From an uncultured Gemmatimonadota bacterium (GTDB lineage Bacteria > JAAXHH01), in NCBI GenBank assembly GCA_951812955.1, contig OX638340.1:1696001-1760000 (forward strand): a stretch of DNA of 64,000 nt, read 5' to 3'. This document shows positions 38,061-48,881 of this stretch, piece after piece. The notes under the pieces were generated by a model that saw nothing but the letters and a program-made list of their open reading frames with translations, had not been told where the DNA came from and did no database searches. Numbering within the stretch: position 1 is the first letter of the stretch; each line of letters starts with the position of its first letter. The translations under genes and the position numbers were made by a program.

Positions 38061-38250
38061 CGCGGCGGCCCTCCACCTTACCTAATTTGTTGAGATTTAT
38101 TGATTAAGAATCACTACTTGTTGTGGTGTTCAAACACGTAACAAACAAGATATTGTATAGATTGCGAAGTCGCAAGTATCTTTTGAAACTTTTTTGATTT
38201 ACCGGTGGGTAACCTTCATAGCTACATAATATGTGACCATCATGACCAAT

Positions 38251-38285
38251 AAAAACGCCCCTCGGCAGGTGATGCGGAGGGGCGT
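38251..38285 (-). terminator. Rho-independent terminator downstream of the outer-membrane beta-barrel gene (ACGCCCCTC ... GAGGGGCGT plus T5)
   Basis: 9-bp GC-rich stem followed by UUUUU on the minus strand, 60 nt after the stop at 38345. Confidence 0.6.
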
Positions 38286-38344
38286 GTACAAGCAGTGTTC
38301 CTGAATCTAAAAACGTAATCGCGTAATGTCAACTCACCACGATG

Positions 38345-38905
38345 CTAGGGACTGAACACGATAGATACGGTGATCGGAATCCACTTTGTGGCCTCGATTT
38401 CCGTCGCCGCGTGATTGTATCGCGCATCAATGGCCACGCCGATTGACGGATTGATGGGAATTAGAACCCCTCCACCTACTGTAAAGCTTAAAACAGTCTC
38501 GGTGTTACTGACAGATAGGGACCCGCTAGAAACATTACCTTTGTTTCGCGTAATCCCTATACCTCCCTGCCCATACACACCAACGGGGGAAGAAGAACGC
38601 AGCATTATTCCAAGGTTCGCACCGGTGAGTGTTACATCTGCGTCTACTCCCAAGGATGTTAGCTCTTCTGCCGCACCATATTTGCTGTAGTGGCCATCCA
38701 ATACCGCATGCAAGTTTTGATAAACCGGCAAAGACACTCCGCCGCGAATCGCCAGTCCGTTGTTAACATCTTCGGCGTCAATGGGTATACCCAGTCCGCC
38801 TCCTACCGTAAACGACGGCGACATTTCCTGGGCATGTACAGTTTCAAGTGTGGATATCGACACGAGAACAACCGCTGCCAACAATGAGAGTGCTGCCTTT
38901 CGCAT
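38345..38905 (-). CDS. Outer-membrane beta-barrel protein (OmpA-like/porin-family barrel)
   Basis: AAGGAG RBS and ATG at 38905. Signal peptide MRKAALSLLAAVVLVSISTLETVHA. Alternating hydrophobic beta-strand pattern with Gly-rich turns. Confidence 0.6.
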   Translation of the reverse strand: MRKAALSLLAAVVLVSISTLETVHAQEMSPSFTVGGGLGIPIDAEDVNNGLAIRGGVSLPVYQNLHAVLDGHYSKYGAAEELTSLGVDADVTLTGANLGIMLRSSSPVGVYGQGGIGITRNKGNVSSGSLSVSNTETVLSFTVGGGVLIPINPSIGVAIDARYNHAATEIEATKWIPITVSIVFSP

Positions 38906-39364
38906 GAGACTGCTCCTTGATGAAGAAATACAGAGTTGAAAGAGAAACTTAAGGAACCTCTGATAATTACCAAATTGTTTGATCATGAGGAATGTTATGA
39001 GTCCTGTGGAACTTACATACAATAACCTACAACGCAAGTACTTTCTACTCCTACATGTGATCATAATGAGAGGTAAATCACAAATATGTGACTATTATGT
39101 GAACTTTCCATATGGGTCTTTTATCAACCCGTTTGTCCGATCGTGAGGTATGATCTGCGTCTGTTTGGAGGGCGATCATGATTGAGTGGTTTCATTTTGG
39201 TTGCTTGTGATGGAGTCTTCGGCCCCATGAGAGCGAACAACACGTCCCGGAGCAATACTACATTACAGACGTAGGAGCAACAACAGATGAAGGATCAACG
39301 GTCCATTAAAACAACTGCGAACTGGCTCTGTTATGTGACATCCGGAATAACTGTAATCTTGACA

Positions 39365-41800
39365 CTACTCCGTCCGCAACGACTCGACCGGGTTCGCGGT
39401 AGCGGCCCGCACGGCCTGGAAGCCCACGGTGAGTAGGGCGATCGCCATGGCCAGGAAGCCGGCGAGGATAAAGGTCGTCCAGCCCAGCTCGACGCGGTAG
39501 GCGAAGCCATCAAGCCAGTTGTTCATTGCGGCGTATGCGACGGGCCAGGCCAGCACATTGGCCACGATTACGAGCCGGAGGAATTCGCTGGACAACATCC
39601 CGAAGACGTTGGGGATGGATGCCCCGAGGACCTTGCGGACCCCGATTTCCTTCCTGCGCCGTTCAGCGGTGAAGGAAGAAAGGCCGACGAGACCCAGGCA
39701 GGCGATGATGACTGCAAGGGCGGCGAAGCTGACGAATATCCTGCCGAACCGCTGTTCGGCGGCGAATAGGCGCGCGAAGGTGTCTTCCACGAAGAAATAC
39801 TCAAAAGCGAAATCTGGATTGACTTCCTTCCACGCCTCTTCGACAAAAGCTATGCCTTCCATCAGGTTTTCCGAGTCGATTTTGATGAGCGCGTGACCAC
39901 CCTCGTTATCCGGGAAGAGTACCAGGGGTTCGATGGGCTCATGTAATGACCTGAAATGGAAATCCCGCATCACGCCGACGACCTCGCGCGGAACCTGGTC
40001 ATCCTTCTCGTATCCGTGCCGGCGTTCATGAAGCCAGAGGATCGTCTTGCCCACCGCATATTCCGCCGAGTCGAAACCCAGTCTTGCAGCGGCTGCCTCG
40101 TTCATGACCACCGCGCCGGTTCGCGTCCAGTCGCCGGGGAACGCGCGATCGAAATATCTGCCCGCGATCAAATCGATTTCGAAGATGTCGATGTAATCCT
40201 CGTCCGTCCAGGCCGCGTGCATTTCGTATTTTGACGCGGAGCTGTCTTCCGGCCTGCTTACCGCGAGCGGGATTACCGCGTTCTTGTGACCGGGCAGGAT
40301 ATAGGCCAGGGTGGCTTTCACCACGTGCGGGCTTTCCATGATGCGCGCCTTGAATACAGGTGACGTTTCCATAACCGGGATAAAGGTCAACGGAATCGCG
40401 ACAACCTGGTCCGTATTGAGTCCCATGTTCTTCGCGCGGATGTATTCGACCTGGTTGAAGACGACACCGGTAGAAATGATCAGGGCGATCGATATGGCGA
40501 ACTGGCCCACGACCAGGATCCTGCGCATGTCCGCGTTGCCGGCTCCGGTTATCAGCGAGCCCTTCAGGGTTTGAATCGGCGCAAGTCCCGAAAGGTAGAG
40601 CGCGGGATAGCTTCCCGAAGCAAAGCCGACCGCGATTCCGATCACCACCACGGCACCCAGGGTGAACCATATCGTGTCCCCATCCAGCGCCATGGATTTG
40701 CCCGTCAACAGGTTGAACCACCGCAGGCTCACCACGGCGAACACGAGGGCAAGACAGACCGCCAACCCGCTCATGATCATGGACTCGCTGATGAATTGCC
40801 GCATTACCTGTCCCCGGCCGGCGCCGAAGACCTTTCTCAGGCCGATTTCCCTGGCACGGCCGGCGGATCTGGCCGTGGCCAGGTTCATGAAGTTGATACA
40901 CGCGATGACGATGATGAATACGGCGATGGCGGTGAAAAGCCAGATGTACGCGATATCGCTGTTCGGGGTAATCTCCCTTTCGAGATGGGAATGGAGATGG
41001 ATATCTGTGAGCGGCTGCAACTTGAGCGTCAGGGATTCTTCCTCGTTGCGGTACCGGTCGCCCAGGTACTTCTCCACAAAAGCGGGTAGCTTGGCCTCCA
41101 ACTCGGTCGGGTCGCTGCCCTCTCGCAACAGGAGATAGCTGTAGGACGCGCGCCAGCCGAACTCGTCGATGGGTAATTCCAGATAGGCCTCCTGGATCCG
41201 GAATGACGCGAGGATGTCGAATCCCAGGTGCGAATTCGCGGGCAGATCCTCCATCACTCCGGTCACCTCCAGATGAAACGACCCTTCGGCATCCAGAATC
41301 TTCCCCATGGGATTCTCGTCGCCGAAGTACTTTCGCGCGACGGATTCGGACAGCACCACCTTGTCGTTGCCATCCAGCGCCGTCCGGGGATTGCCCGTCA
41401 AAAGGGGCACATTGAAGACGTTGAAGACCGAACTGTCGGCCAGATAGAACGCTCGCTCGTAGAACCCCTTGTCGCCGTACTTGACCATCCAGGCGTTACC
41501 CGGAGGCACGAAACGGACCATGTCTTCCACTTCGGGAAAGTCTGCCCGGATGAACTTGGCTATCGGGATCAGTACATCGGCGTTTTGCGAGACCTGGTTC
41601 CCCTGCCGATGCTCCGCGGTCACGCGGTATATACGGTCCGCCTTGTCATGGAACCGGTCGTAGCTCAACTCGTCGCGGATGTACAGCAGGATGAGGAGAC
41701 AGCAAGCGATCCCGAGCGCCAGGCTCATGACGTTGATGAACGAATAGCCCTTCTGGCGGTTCAGGTGGCGGAGAGCCACCGTGAAGTAGTTGCGGAACAT
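39365..41800 (-). CDS. ABC transporter permease, FtsX-like family with two FtsX/MacB_PCD modules (MacB-like); no adjacent ATPase gene
   Basis: 811 aa. N-terminal MFRNYFTVALRHLNRQKGYSFINVMSLALGIA, duplicated 4-TM FtsX domains, large periplasmic domains. Confidence 0.85.
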   Translation of the reverse strand: MFRNYFTVALRHLNRQKGYSFINVMSLALGIACCLLILLYIRDELSYDRFHDKADRIYRVTAEHRQGNQVSQNADVLIPIAKFIRADFPEVEDMVRFVPPGNAWMVKYGDKGFYERAFYLADSSVFNVFNVPLLTGNPRTALDGNDKVVLSESVARKYFGDENPMGKILDAEGSFHLEVTGVMEDLPANSHLGFDILASFRIQEAYLELPIDEFGWRASYSYLLLREGSDPTELEAKLPAFVEKYLGDRYRNEEESLTLKLQPLTDIHLHSHLEREITPNSDIAYIWLFTAIAVFIIVIACINFMNLATARSAGRAREIGLRKVFGAGRGQVMRQFISESMIMSGLAVCLALVFAVVSLRWFNLLTGKSMALDGDTIWFTLGAVVVIGIAVGFASGSYPALYLSGLAPIQTLKGSLITGAGNADMRRILVVGQFAISIALIISTGVVFNQVEYIRAKNMGLNTDQVVAIPLTFIPVMETSPVFKARIMESPHVVKATLAYILPGHKNAVIPLAVSRPEDSSASKYEMHAAWTDEDYIDIFEIDLIAGRYFDRAFPGDWTRTGAVVMNEAAAARLGFDSAEYAVGKTILWLHERRHGYEKDDQVPREVVGVMRDFHFRSLHEPIEPLVLFPDNEGGHALIKIDSENLMEGIAFVEEAWKEVNPDFAFEYFFVEDTFARLFAAEQRFGRIFVSFAALAVIIACLGLVGLSSFTAERRRKEIGVRKVLGASIPNVFGMLSSEFLRLVIVANVLAWPVAYAAMNNWLDGFAYRVELGWTTFILAGFLAMAIALLTVGFQAVRAATANPVESLRTE

Positions 41801-42067
41801 GGAAACCTCTGCACCGAGTTATGGGCTAACTAAGCCGGCCTGCAAATCGAAAAGTCTGCGTTTCGGAGTCTGCTTCAAGGACCCGTTATACCCCCGTAAG
41901 GGATGCACCGGGCCCTGATTCATCGTCCTTCGGGCCGCACTTCCCTATTATACTCCCTTTACGGATTCAACACCCGTATATTCTAGTATCCATGCCCCTT
42001 GTTTCAATGGCCCGAAATCTATGTTCATTTCCAATAATTTGATCGCGATGCCATCGGACGCCTATCC

Positions 42068-43402
42068 ATGACCGACCTCTTCTCCGAACAGGCTGAAAAG
42101 CAACTCCAGCGTGAAGGGCCGCTGGCGGCGCGCATGCGGCCGGATTCTCTGGAAGGCTTCCTGGGCCAGCAGGGGCTGGTCGGCCAGGGTCGCCTCCTGA
42201 ATGAATCCATCGAGCGGGACACACCCTTTTCCATGATCCTGTGGGGGCCGCCGGGTTCGGGCAAGACTACCCTCGCCTTCATCATCGCCCGATCTACGGA
42301 CTCCCATTTCGTGCCGCTGAGCGCCGTGAACGCTGGCGTGAAGGACCTGCACCGGGCGGCTTCCGAGGCCCGGGACCGGCTGGGCATGCACCGCAAGCGG
42401 ACCATTCTCTTCATAGACGAGATCCATCGATTCAACAAGCTGCAACAGGACGCCGTGCTGCCGACCGTGGAGAACGGGACGCTGACCCTCATCGGGGCGA
42501 CGACGGAGAACCCGTCCTTCGAAGTCAACGGCGCCCTGCTGTCTCGCTGCCGTGTGCTGCGCCTGGAACCCCTGGCTGAGGACGACCTGGCAAGGATCGT
42601 ACGTGGTGCGCTGGAAGACGGCGAACACGGTCTCGGCGGGCGGAATATAGAAATGGACGAGGAAGCGGTCGAGCACCTCGCTTCCGTGGCCGGCGGCGAC
42701 GCGCGGGTCGCACTGAATACCCTCGAGGTGGCGGCCATGACCACGCCGCGAGATGACGACGCCCGGATACGACTGACCACGAAGGAGATCGACGAAGCCC
42801 TGCAGCACCGGGCGCCGCAGTACGACAAGGGTGGAGACTGGCACTTCGATGCGATATCGGCCCTGCACAAAAGCGTGCGGGACTCCGATCCGGACGGAGC
42901 GCTGTACTGGCTGGCCCGGATGCTCATCGCCGGGGACGATCCCCTGTACATTGCCCGCCGGATCATCCGCATGTCGGTGGAGGACATCGGACTGGCCGAC
43001 CCCTTCGCCCTGACCCTGACCACCTCGGCCCAGCAGGCCGTCCATTTCGTGGGCCAGCCCGAAGGCGACCTGATGCTCGCCCACGCGGTGGTGTACCTCG
43101 CCACGGCGCCGAAGAGCAACGCGGTCTACTCGGCCTTTTCAAAGGCGCGGCGGGACGCGGAGCAGACGAGCGACGAGCCCGTGCCCATGCACCTGCGCAA
43201 CGCCCCGACCAGCCTGATGAAGGAAATGGGCCACGGCAAGGGATACAAGTACGCCCATGACCACGACGGGGCGGCCGTGGACCAGGAGCATCTGCCCGAA
43301 TCCATTCAAGGGCATCGCTACTACGAACCCACCAACCGGGGACGGGAAGAAAAGATCCGTTCGTGGATGGAGAAGATGCGGAAGATCAGGGAGAGGGGTT
43401 GA
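42068..43402 (+). CDS. rarA: Replication-associated recombination protein A (AAA+ ATPase)
   Basis: Walker A GPPGSGKTT, Walker B ILFIDEIHRFNK, and the MgsA C-terminal helical domain (DAISALHKSVRDSDPD...YWLARM). Confidence 0.9.
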   Translation: MTDLFSEQAEKQLQREGPLAARMRPDSLEGFLGQQGLVGQGRLLNESIERDTPFSMILWGPPGSGKTTLAFIIARSTDSHFVPLSAVNAGVKDLHRAASEARDRLGMHRKRTILFIDEIHRFNKLQQDAVLPTVENGTLTLIGATTENPSFEVNGALLSRCRVLRLEPLAEDDLARIVRGALEDGEHGLGGRNIEMDEEAVEHLASVAGGDARVALNTLEVAAMTTPRDDDARIRLTTKEIDEALQHRAPQYDKGGDWHFDAISALHKSVRDSDPDGALYWLARMLIAGDDPLYIARRIIRMSVEDIGLADPFALTLTTSAQQAVHFVGQPEGDLMLAHAVVYLATAPKSNAVYSAFSKARRDAEQTSDEPVPMHLRNAPTSLMKEMGHGKGYKYAHDHDGAAVDQEHLPESIQGHRYYEPTNRGREEKIRSWMEKMRKIRERG

Positions 43403-43515
43403 CCGATCCGCGCCGCCCAGGGGCTTTACTCGGATTACGCGACGAGGCCGCCGATCGCGCGACATCACGCCGGATTACGCGACGAGCGCTACGGATCGCG
43501 CGTCAACCCGCCGGA

Positions 43516-44091
43516 CTAAGCGATCGCCTTGCTGTAGCAGTAGTCGAAGAGCAGTTCCCACTCGCGCTGCTGAATGCTCCGGCAGAGATCGCCGGCCGGG
43601 ACGCCGCCCACGTTGGCGCCTTCGCATAGATCGATGAAGGCGTAGGGGTCCCATGAAGACTGGGACATGAGGTAAACGGCCTGGTCGGGAAGGTTGTCCG
43701 TACCGGATGCGATCGTCGCCGACTCGTCCCTCAACTCGGGGTAGATGTCGTGTTCGCCGACGCGGCCGAACCAGTGCTTGCCATTGGGATAATCCGGTTC
43801 GCGGCGGTGCATGATGCCGTGCCAGTAGCTTCCCGTGGGCGTGGTAATCTGCTGGCTGAGCGTGTGGGATGTGACCAGGAAATCGTGGTACAGCCACAGG
43901 CCGGATACACACCCTTCGGCCATCTCACGGTCGGCAATGCCGTTCGGGCCGAAGGCCTCGTCCAGGTCCAGGGCTTCCAGGTCGGCCTTCGCCGGAGTGT
44001 TTTCTTCTCCCGGTCCCAGCGGCATGATCCGGGGTGTTTTAAGCAGGTCAGCGAAAACGGATCCGTATGCGGCAGGTTCAAAGGCAGACAT
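43516..44091 (-). CDS. Hypothetical protein
   Basis: 191-aa ORF with genome-typical codon bias. No family recognised. Confidence 0.5.
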   Translation of the reverse strand: MSAFEPAAYGSVFADLLKTPRIMPLGPGEENTPAKADLEALDLDEAFGPNGIADREMAEGCVSGLWLYHDFLVTSHTLSQQITTPTGSYWHGIMHRREPDYPNGKHWFGRVGEHDIYPELRDESATIASGTDNLPDQAVYLMSQSSWDPYAFIDLCEGANVGGVPAGDLCRSIQQREWELLFDYCYSKAIA

Positions 44092-44109
44092 GGTCGATCC
44101 TTTCGTGAT

Positions 44110-44952
44110 TCAAACGGCGGTCGTGGCCTTTCGCTTCTTCAGCACCTCGTTCATGCTGCCGGTGCGATATCCCTCCAGGTCGAGCGTGACGTAATCGTAA
44201 CCTATTTCCTTCAGGTAAGCAGCGATCTCGTCGTGGTGTTCGACGACTTTCGCAAGATCGCAAGGCTCTGTTTCAATACGGGCCATGTTCCGGTGGTGGC
44301 GCACACGGAATTGCCGGAGCCCCAGTCCCCGGATGAAGGCTTCTGCCCGGCCAACCTGTTCTAGCGCTTCGATGGTGATGGGGTCGCCGTACGGAAAGCG
44401 CGACGACAGGCAGGCCAGGGACGGCTTGTCCGCCGTGGGCAGGCCAATTCGTTCGGACAGCGCACGGACGTCGGCCTTGGTGAACCCGGCGTCCTTAAGC
44501 GGGCTGCGAACGCCGTGTTCGCGTATCGCCAGCATGCCCGGGCGGAAGTCGCTGATGTCGTCCACGATGCTTCCTTCGCAGATAAAGGCCGCGCCTTCTT
44601 CCCCTGCAATCTCCTCCAGGCGCGTATACAACTCATCTCGACAGAAATAGCACCGGCGCGGGTTGTTCTGCATGTATTCCGCGTTGTGGATTTCCTCCGT
44701 GTCCGCGTAGCGGTGGCGCGCGCCCATCCATTCGGCCAGTTCGGCGGCGGCGTTTTTCTCTTCCTCAGGCAGTGATTCGGACACACCGGTAACCCCGAGC
44801 GCACGGTCACCCAGCACGTCGGTGGCCACCTTGAGCAGCAGCGCACTGTCCACGCCCGCGGAGAAAGCCACCAGGACGCCGCCCATGGCCTGCAGGTCCA
44901 GCTGAAGCGCCTGGTACTTTTCATCCAGTGTGGATGCGTTGTTCCTTTTCAT
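44110..44952 (-). CDS. PP-loop ATP pyrophosphatase, LarE-like (TIGR00268 family sulfur transferase)
   Basis: PP-loop motif VAFSAGVDS. ATG at 44952 with a GGAG RBS. ~280 aa. Confidence 0.65.
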   Translation of the reverse strand: MKRNNASTLDEKYQALQLDLQAMGGVLVAFSAGVDSALLLKVATDVLGDRALGVTGVSESLPEEEKNAAAELAEWMGARHRYADTEEIHNAEYMQNNPRRCYFCRDELYTRLEEIAGEEGAAFICEGSIVDDISDFRPGMLAIREHGVRSPLKDAGFTKADVRALSERIGLPTADKPSLACLSSRFPYGDPITIEALEQVGRAEAFIRGLGLRQFRVRHHRNMARIETEPCDLAKVVEHHDEIAAYLKEIGYDYVTLDLEGYRTGSMNEVLKKRKATTAV

Positions 44953-45214
44953 GTCCTGCTCTCCGATTAAAACCCGGCTCGCTGGAGGTCGAGAGACCTT
45001 GATCAATCTCGGCGAATGCGCCTACGCGGCGTCCGTCTTACATGGTACTCGCCCCATGATTTCGCTTGACAGAAGGGGGATTCCGACACTATTTAACACG
45101 TCTGTTTCGGGTCAAATAAAGATACGGCTGACAAGGTATCATGACAACTTTTTTTTGTATGAAGGTGACGTCGTAAGTTGAACCCTCGAGGTCCATGAAG
45201 GAGCATGATCGGGC

Positions 45215-46288
45215 ATGAGCGGGGACGAACGGAAAGAGACAAAATCCACGCCGGACGACGGGACTGCGGCTTGTCCCCCGGCGGATAGTGACAAGGAAAA
45301 CACTTCGGGCGAACCGACCCGGTTGTACAGCGGCATCCAGCCGACCGGCGACATACATATAGGGAATTACCTCGGCGCCGTTGCCAACTGGGCCAGGCAG
45401 ATCCCGCGGTACGACTGCATCTACTGCGTCGTGGATTACCACGCCATCACCATCGAGTACGACCCGGATACCATGCGGGAGGCCGTGCTGGACACCGCCA
45501 CGATGGGCATCGCTTGCGGTCTCGACCCGGCCCGCTGTACGCTCTTCGTGCAGTCCCACGTGACCGAAACGATGGAACTCGCCTGGATCTTCAGCACCTG
45601 CACCGCCATCGGGGCCCTGGAACGGATGACGCAGTTCAAGGACAAGGCCGCCCAGCATAAGCAGAACATCAACGCGGGCCTGTTTACCTATCCCGTGCTT
45701 CAGGCCGCGGACATCCTGGGTGTCAAGGCCGACGGCGTTCCCGTGGGCGACGACCAGTCCCAGCACCTGGAGTTGACGCGCGAAATCGCCAGGCGGTTCA
45801 ATCACCTGTACGGACCGGTATTCCCCGAAGCCAGGACACTGTACAGCCCCGCGCCGCGCATCATGGGCCTGGACGGCCAGTCCAAGATGAGCAAGAGCCA
45901 GGGGAACTACATCGCGATGAAGGACCGAGCAGACACGGTCAGGAAGAAGCTCGGCTCCGCCTATACCGATCCGAACCGGCTGCGCAGATCCGACCCCGGA
46001 AATCCGGATATCTGCAACATCTTCACGCTCCACAAGTCTTTCTCGAGTCCGGACGAGGTGGCGGCCATCGACGCCGATTGCAGGAGCGCGGACATCGGGT
46101 GCGTCGATTGCAAGAAGAAGCTGGGTTACAACATGGAATCCGCCATGTCGCCGATCCAGGACAAGTACGAGGACCTTACCCGCCGGCCCGACGACGTGCG
46201 GGACGCTCTCGCCACGGGCGCCGACCGGGTACGGAAGCTCACGTCGGAAACCATGACGGAGGTCCGTCACGGCCTGGGGCTGAGGTAG
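45215..46288 (+). CDS. trpS: Tryptophan--tRNA ligase
   Basis: HIGH-class motif (DIHIGNYLG) and KMSKS; class Ic architecture with a ~35-aa N-terminal extension. Confidence 0.9.
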   Translation: MSGDERKETKSTPDDGTAACPPADSDKENTSGEPTRLYSGIQPTGDIHIGNYLGAVANWARQIPRYDCIYCVVDYHAITIEYDPDTMREAVLDTATMGIACGLDPARCTLFVQSHVTETMELAWIFSTCTAIGALERMTQFKDKAAQHKQNINAGLFTYPVLQAADILGVKADGVPVGDDQSQHLELTREIARRFNHLYGPVFPEARTLYSPAPRIMGLDGQSKMSKSQGNYIAMKDRADTVRKKLGSAYTDPNRLRRSDPGNPDICNIFTLHKSFSSPDEVAAIDADCRSADIGCVDCKKKLGYNMESAMSPIQDKYEDLTRRPDDVRDALATGADRVRKLTSETMTEVRHGLGLR

Positions 46289-46466
46289 GATGGAACTCCG
46301 GGGCATTCTCCGCGTTTATATCAACGTGATTGAATCTCCTTGTAGGAAACGTCCGGAACATCCTGCAGAAACGCTGAACCGCCACCGGAACTCCCTGCCG
46401 TTTCTTCCCGCACGACCGACCGCGGACTGAAACGGCCGCCCGTAATCCTATCCTTAAGAACCATGC

Positions 46467-47606
46467 ATGGATATATACTCGAAAGAATACGACCATCAAT
46501 CCAGGCCCCTGGGACGGACCGTATCCTTTCGCCGATTAACGGCCAAATACCTCCTCGTCGCCTTCGCCGTCGCTGGTCTGCTCCATGGCTTCATCCTGCT
46601 GGCCCTCCTTTCCACCGGCTTGCTCGAAGACAAGAACATGATCGAACTCACCCTCGCTCCCTACGAGCGTCTGGAACAGCTCGAACAGGCCTACATGGAA
46701 ATGCAGAACCCTCCCACCCTGGTCGACGTGCCTGAAGAAGCCCGCGTGGACGAGCCGCCGGACGAACCGGAGCCCGACGTGGCGGATAAAAACGCCATCG
46801 CGAGGGACCTGCTGGAGGATACGGATTTGCCTGAAGGTCCGGCTTTCTCCGAGGGCGAACTGGAGATCAGGACGATGGAAGACCCGAACGAAGAGGACGA
46901 GCAGCAACACGAGCCATTCACGGGCACCGTCCCGCTCGCTCCGCGAGAGGGCGGCATCGAGGATTTCAAAGAGGTGAAAGACCCGCCCATGTGGACATCG
47001 GACCTGATCATCAGGCGCGAATTCCGGGGCAAGGGCGGACGCGAGGGACTTGGAGAAGGCGCGATGGCAGGAGATGGGGTCGCTTCCGCGCCACGGCCCA
47101 CCGGTCCGGAAGAGCCGGTTTTCATCCCCCAGGACGATCTGAACGAACTGGCACAGATTTCCCGCGAACCCGCCTACGAGCGGCACCGCCGGTTCGGTTT
47201 CGGTTTAGGAAACTCCGGTCCGCGGGTACCCAGGACGAACAACCGCCACACCTCGGTCAAGGATTACGGCGACTTCTCGCTCAGCACCTATGCCTGGGAT
47301 TACGCGCCGTACCTGTACATCCTGCGCGAGCGGATCCGGAGGCGCTGGTTCGCACCCGAGGCCTTCCGGCTCGGCCTGGTGAGCGGACGGGTCATCATCC
47401 GGTTCAAGATCATGCCCGACGGTGCTCTGCGCGACCTCGAGGTTCTTTCCTACAGGGACAATGATATCCCCTATCAATCTCTCGTGGCGTCAAGCCGCAA
47501 CGCCATCGAGACTTCCCACCCCTTTCCGCCGCTCCCCGACGATTTCCTCCATCCGTATCTGGAAATCACCGGCACCTTCTACTACCAGATCCTGCGTGCG
47601 AGGTAG
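46467..47606 (+). CDS. Energy transducer TonB-like protein
   Basis: N-terminal TM anchor, a Pro/Glu-rich spacer, and a C-terminal TonB_C-like domain (...YAPYLYILRERIRRRWFAPEAF...VIIRFKIMPDGAL...). Confidence 0.7.
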   Translation: MDIYSKEYDHQSRPLGRTVSFRRLTAKYLLVAFAVAGLLHGFILLALLSTGLLEDKNMIELTLAPYERLEQLEQAYMEMQNPPTLVDVPEEARVDEPPDEPEPDVADKNAIARDLLEDTDLPEGPAFSEGELEIRTMEDPNEEDEQQHEPFTGTVPLAPREGGIEDFKEVKDPPMWTSDLIIRREFRGKGGREGLGEGAMAGDGVASAPRPTGPEEPVFIPQDDLNELAQISREPAYERHRRFGFGLGNSGPRVPRTNNRHTSVKDYGDFSLSTYAWDYAPYLYILRERIRRRWFAPEAFRLGLVSGRVIIRFKIMPDGALRDLEVLSYRDNDIPYQSLVASSRNAIETSHPFPPLPDDFLHPYLEITGTFYYQILRAR

Positions 47607-47615
47607 CCGTGGGAA

Positions 47616-48560
47616 ATGTCGAATGTGCTTTCTTTTCCGGAGCGTAGGCCTGTGAAAAACCAGATTGGAAGACTGGTTGATTCGAACGCATTCCAGCACA
47701 CCGTCCTCGGAGTAATCTCGGCCGCCGCCGTACTGGTTGGCTTGGAAACCTCCCGGGATCTCGTGGCCCGGTACGGTGCGTGGCTGCATCGGCTCGACCA
47801 GCTGGTCCTGCTGTTCTTCATCCTGGAAGCAGCACTGAAGATGGCGCGGCACGGCCGCCACTGGTATCGCTATTTCGGCGACCGGTGGAATGTTTTCGAC
47901 TTCCTCATCGTGGTGGCGTGCCTGCTGCCGACGGGTGGGCAGTACGCCGCGGTACTTCGCCTAGCCCGGGTGCTCCGGGCGCTGCGGCTGGTGACCGCGG
48001 TGCCGAAACTGCAACTGCTTGTCAATTCACTGCTCAAGTCGATCACGTCGCTGGGATATGTCGGCCTGCTACTGGCCGTGCTGTTCTACATCTACGCGGT
48101 ACTCGGCGTCTATCTCTTCCGCGGCAACGATCCCGTCCACTTCCAGGACCTGTCTACGGCGCTGCTTACGCTCTTCCGCGTGGTAACCCTGGAGGACTGG
48201 ACCGACGTGATGTATATCCAGATGTACGGCAGCGACGCCTACCCCAACTACGCGGATTTCGCCCAGGCCCATCTGCGCGAAGCCTCGCGGGCCATGCCCG
48301 TATTCGGTGCAATCTTCTTCGTAAGTTTCGTGATGCTGGGCACCATGATCATGCTGAACCTCTTCATCGGGGTCATCATCAATTCCATGTCCGAGGCCCA
48401 GGCCGACCGGGAATCGGAGGAACGGCGCCGGCACCTGGAAAGGGATGGACGCATCAGCGTGGGGGATGAAATCGTCCTGGTAGAGGAAGAGATTCAGAAA
48501 CTTTCGAGGCGGCTCAAATCCCTTCGCAAGCGGGCGGATGAGAACGGGGATGGCGGCTGA
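47616..48560 (+). CDS. Voltage-gated ion channel, bacterial NaV/CaV (BacNaV) family, 6-TM
   Basis: S4 with Arg every third residue (RLARVLRALRLV). Pore loop FRVVTLEDWTDVMY aligns with NaChBac FQVMTLESWSM. Confidence 0.8.
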   Translation: MSNVLSFPERRPVKNQIGRLVDSNAFQHTVLGVISAAAVLVGLETSRDLVARYGAWLHRLDQLVLLFFILEAALKMARHGRHWYRYFGDRWNVFDFLIVVACLLPTGGQYAAVLRLARVLRALRLVTAVPKLQLLVNSLLKSITSLGYVGLLLAVLFYIYAVLGVYLFRGNDPVHFQDLSTALLTLFRVVTLEDWTDVMYIQMYGSDAYPNYADFAQAHLREASRAMPVFGAIFFVSFVMLGTMIMLNLFIGVIINSMSEAQADRESEERRRHLERDGRISVGDEIVLVEEEIQKLSRRLKSLRKRADENGDGG

Positions 48561-48581
48561 TTTGCGTTGGAACGGAGCGGC

Positions 48582-48727
48582 GGGAACGGTGACGACGGGT
48601 AGTGGGTGATGAGACCGGTCGGTGGGAACGGTGGCGACGGGTAGTGGGTGATGAGGCCGGTCGATGGGAACGGTGGCGACGGGTAGTGTGTGATGAGGCC
48701 GGTCGGCGGGAACGGTGGCGACGGGTG
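48582..48727. repeat. Tandem repeat of a 42-bp unit (gggaacggtgRcgacgggtagtgKgtgatgagRccggtcgRY), 3.5 copies
   Basis: Read directly. Starts 22 nt after the channel gene stop. Contiguous units with no spacers. Confidence 0.85.
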
Positions 48728-48881
48728 AACCGTGTGAAATTGGACCGATTGATCTGAGGCGGCGCACGGGCTGAAACAGCGCGAGTAACCTTTAGGCCAT
48801 GCTCGACTTGCCTGGAATCGTAAATCAGACCTGTTCGCCACCGGCACGTAATTTCGCTGGCGGGACGACACACGCGGGCGT

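Noticed and set aside
38061-38200. NrdR boxes upstream of nrdR
   Set aside because: The best candidate (acaatatcttgtttgt) matches the 16-bp NrdR-box consensus at only ~9 of 16 positions, too weak to call without a matrix scan.
42025-43119. 364-aa and 340-aa minus-strand ORFs
   Set aside because: Both are antisense to rarA (clear Walker A/B motifs on the plus strand).
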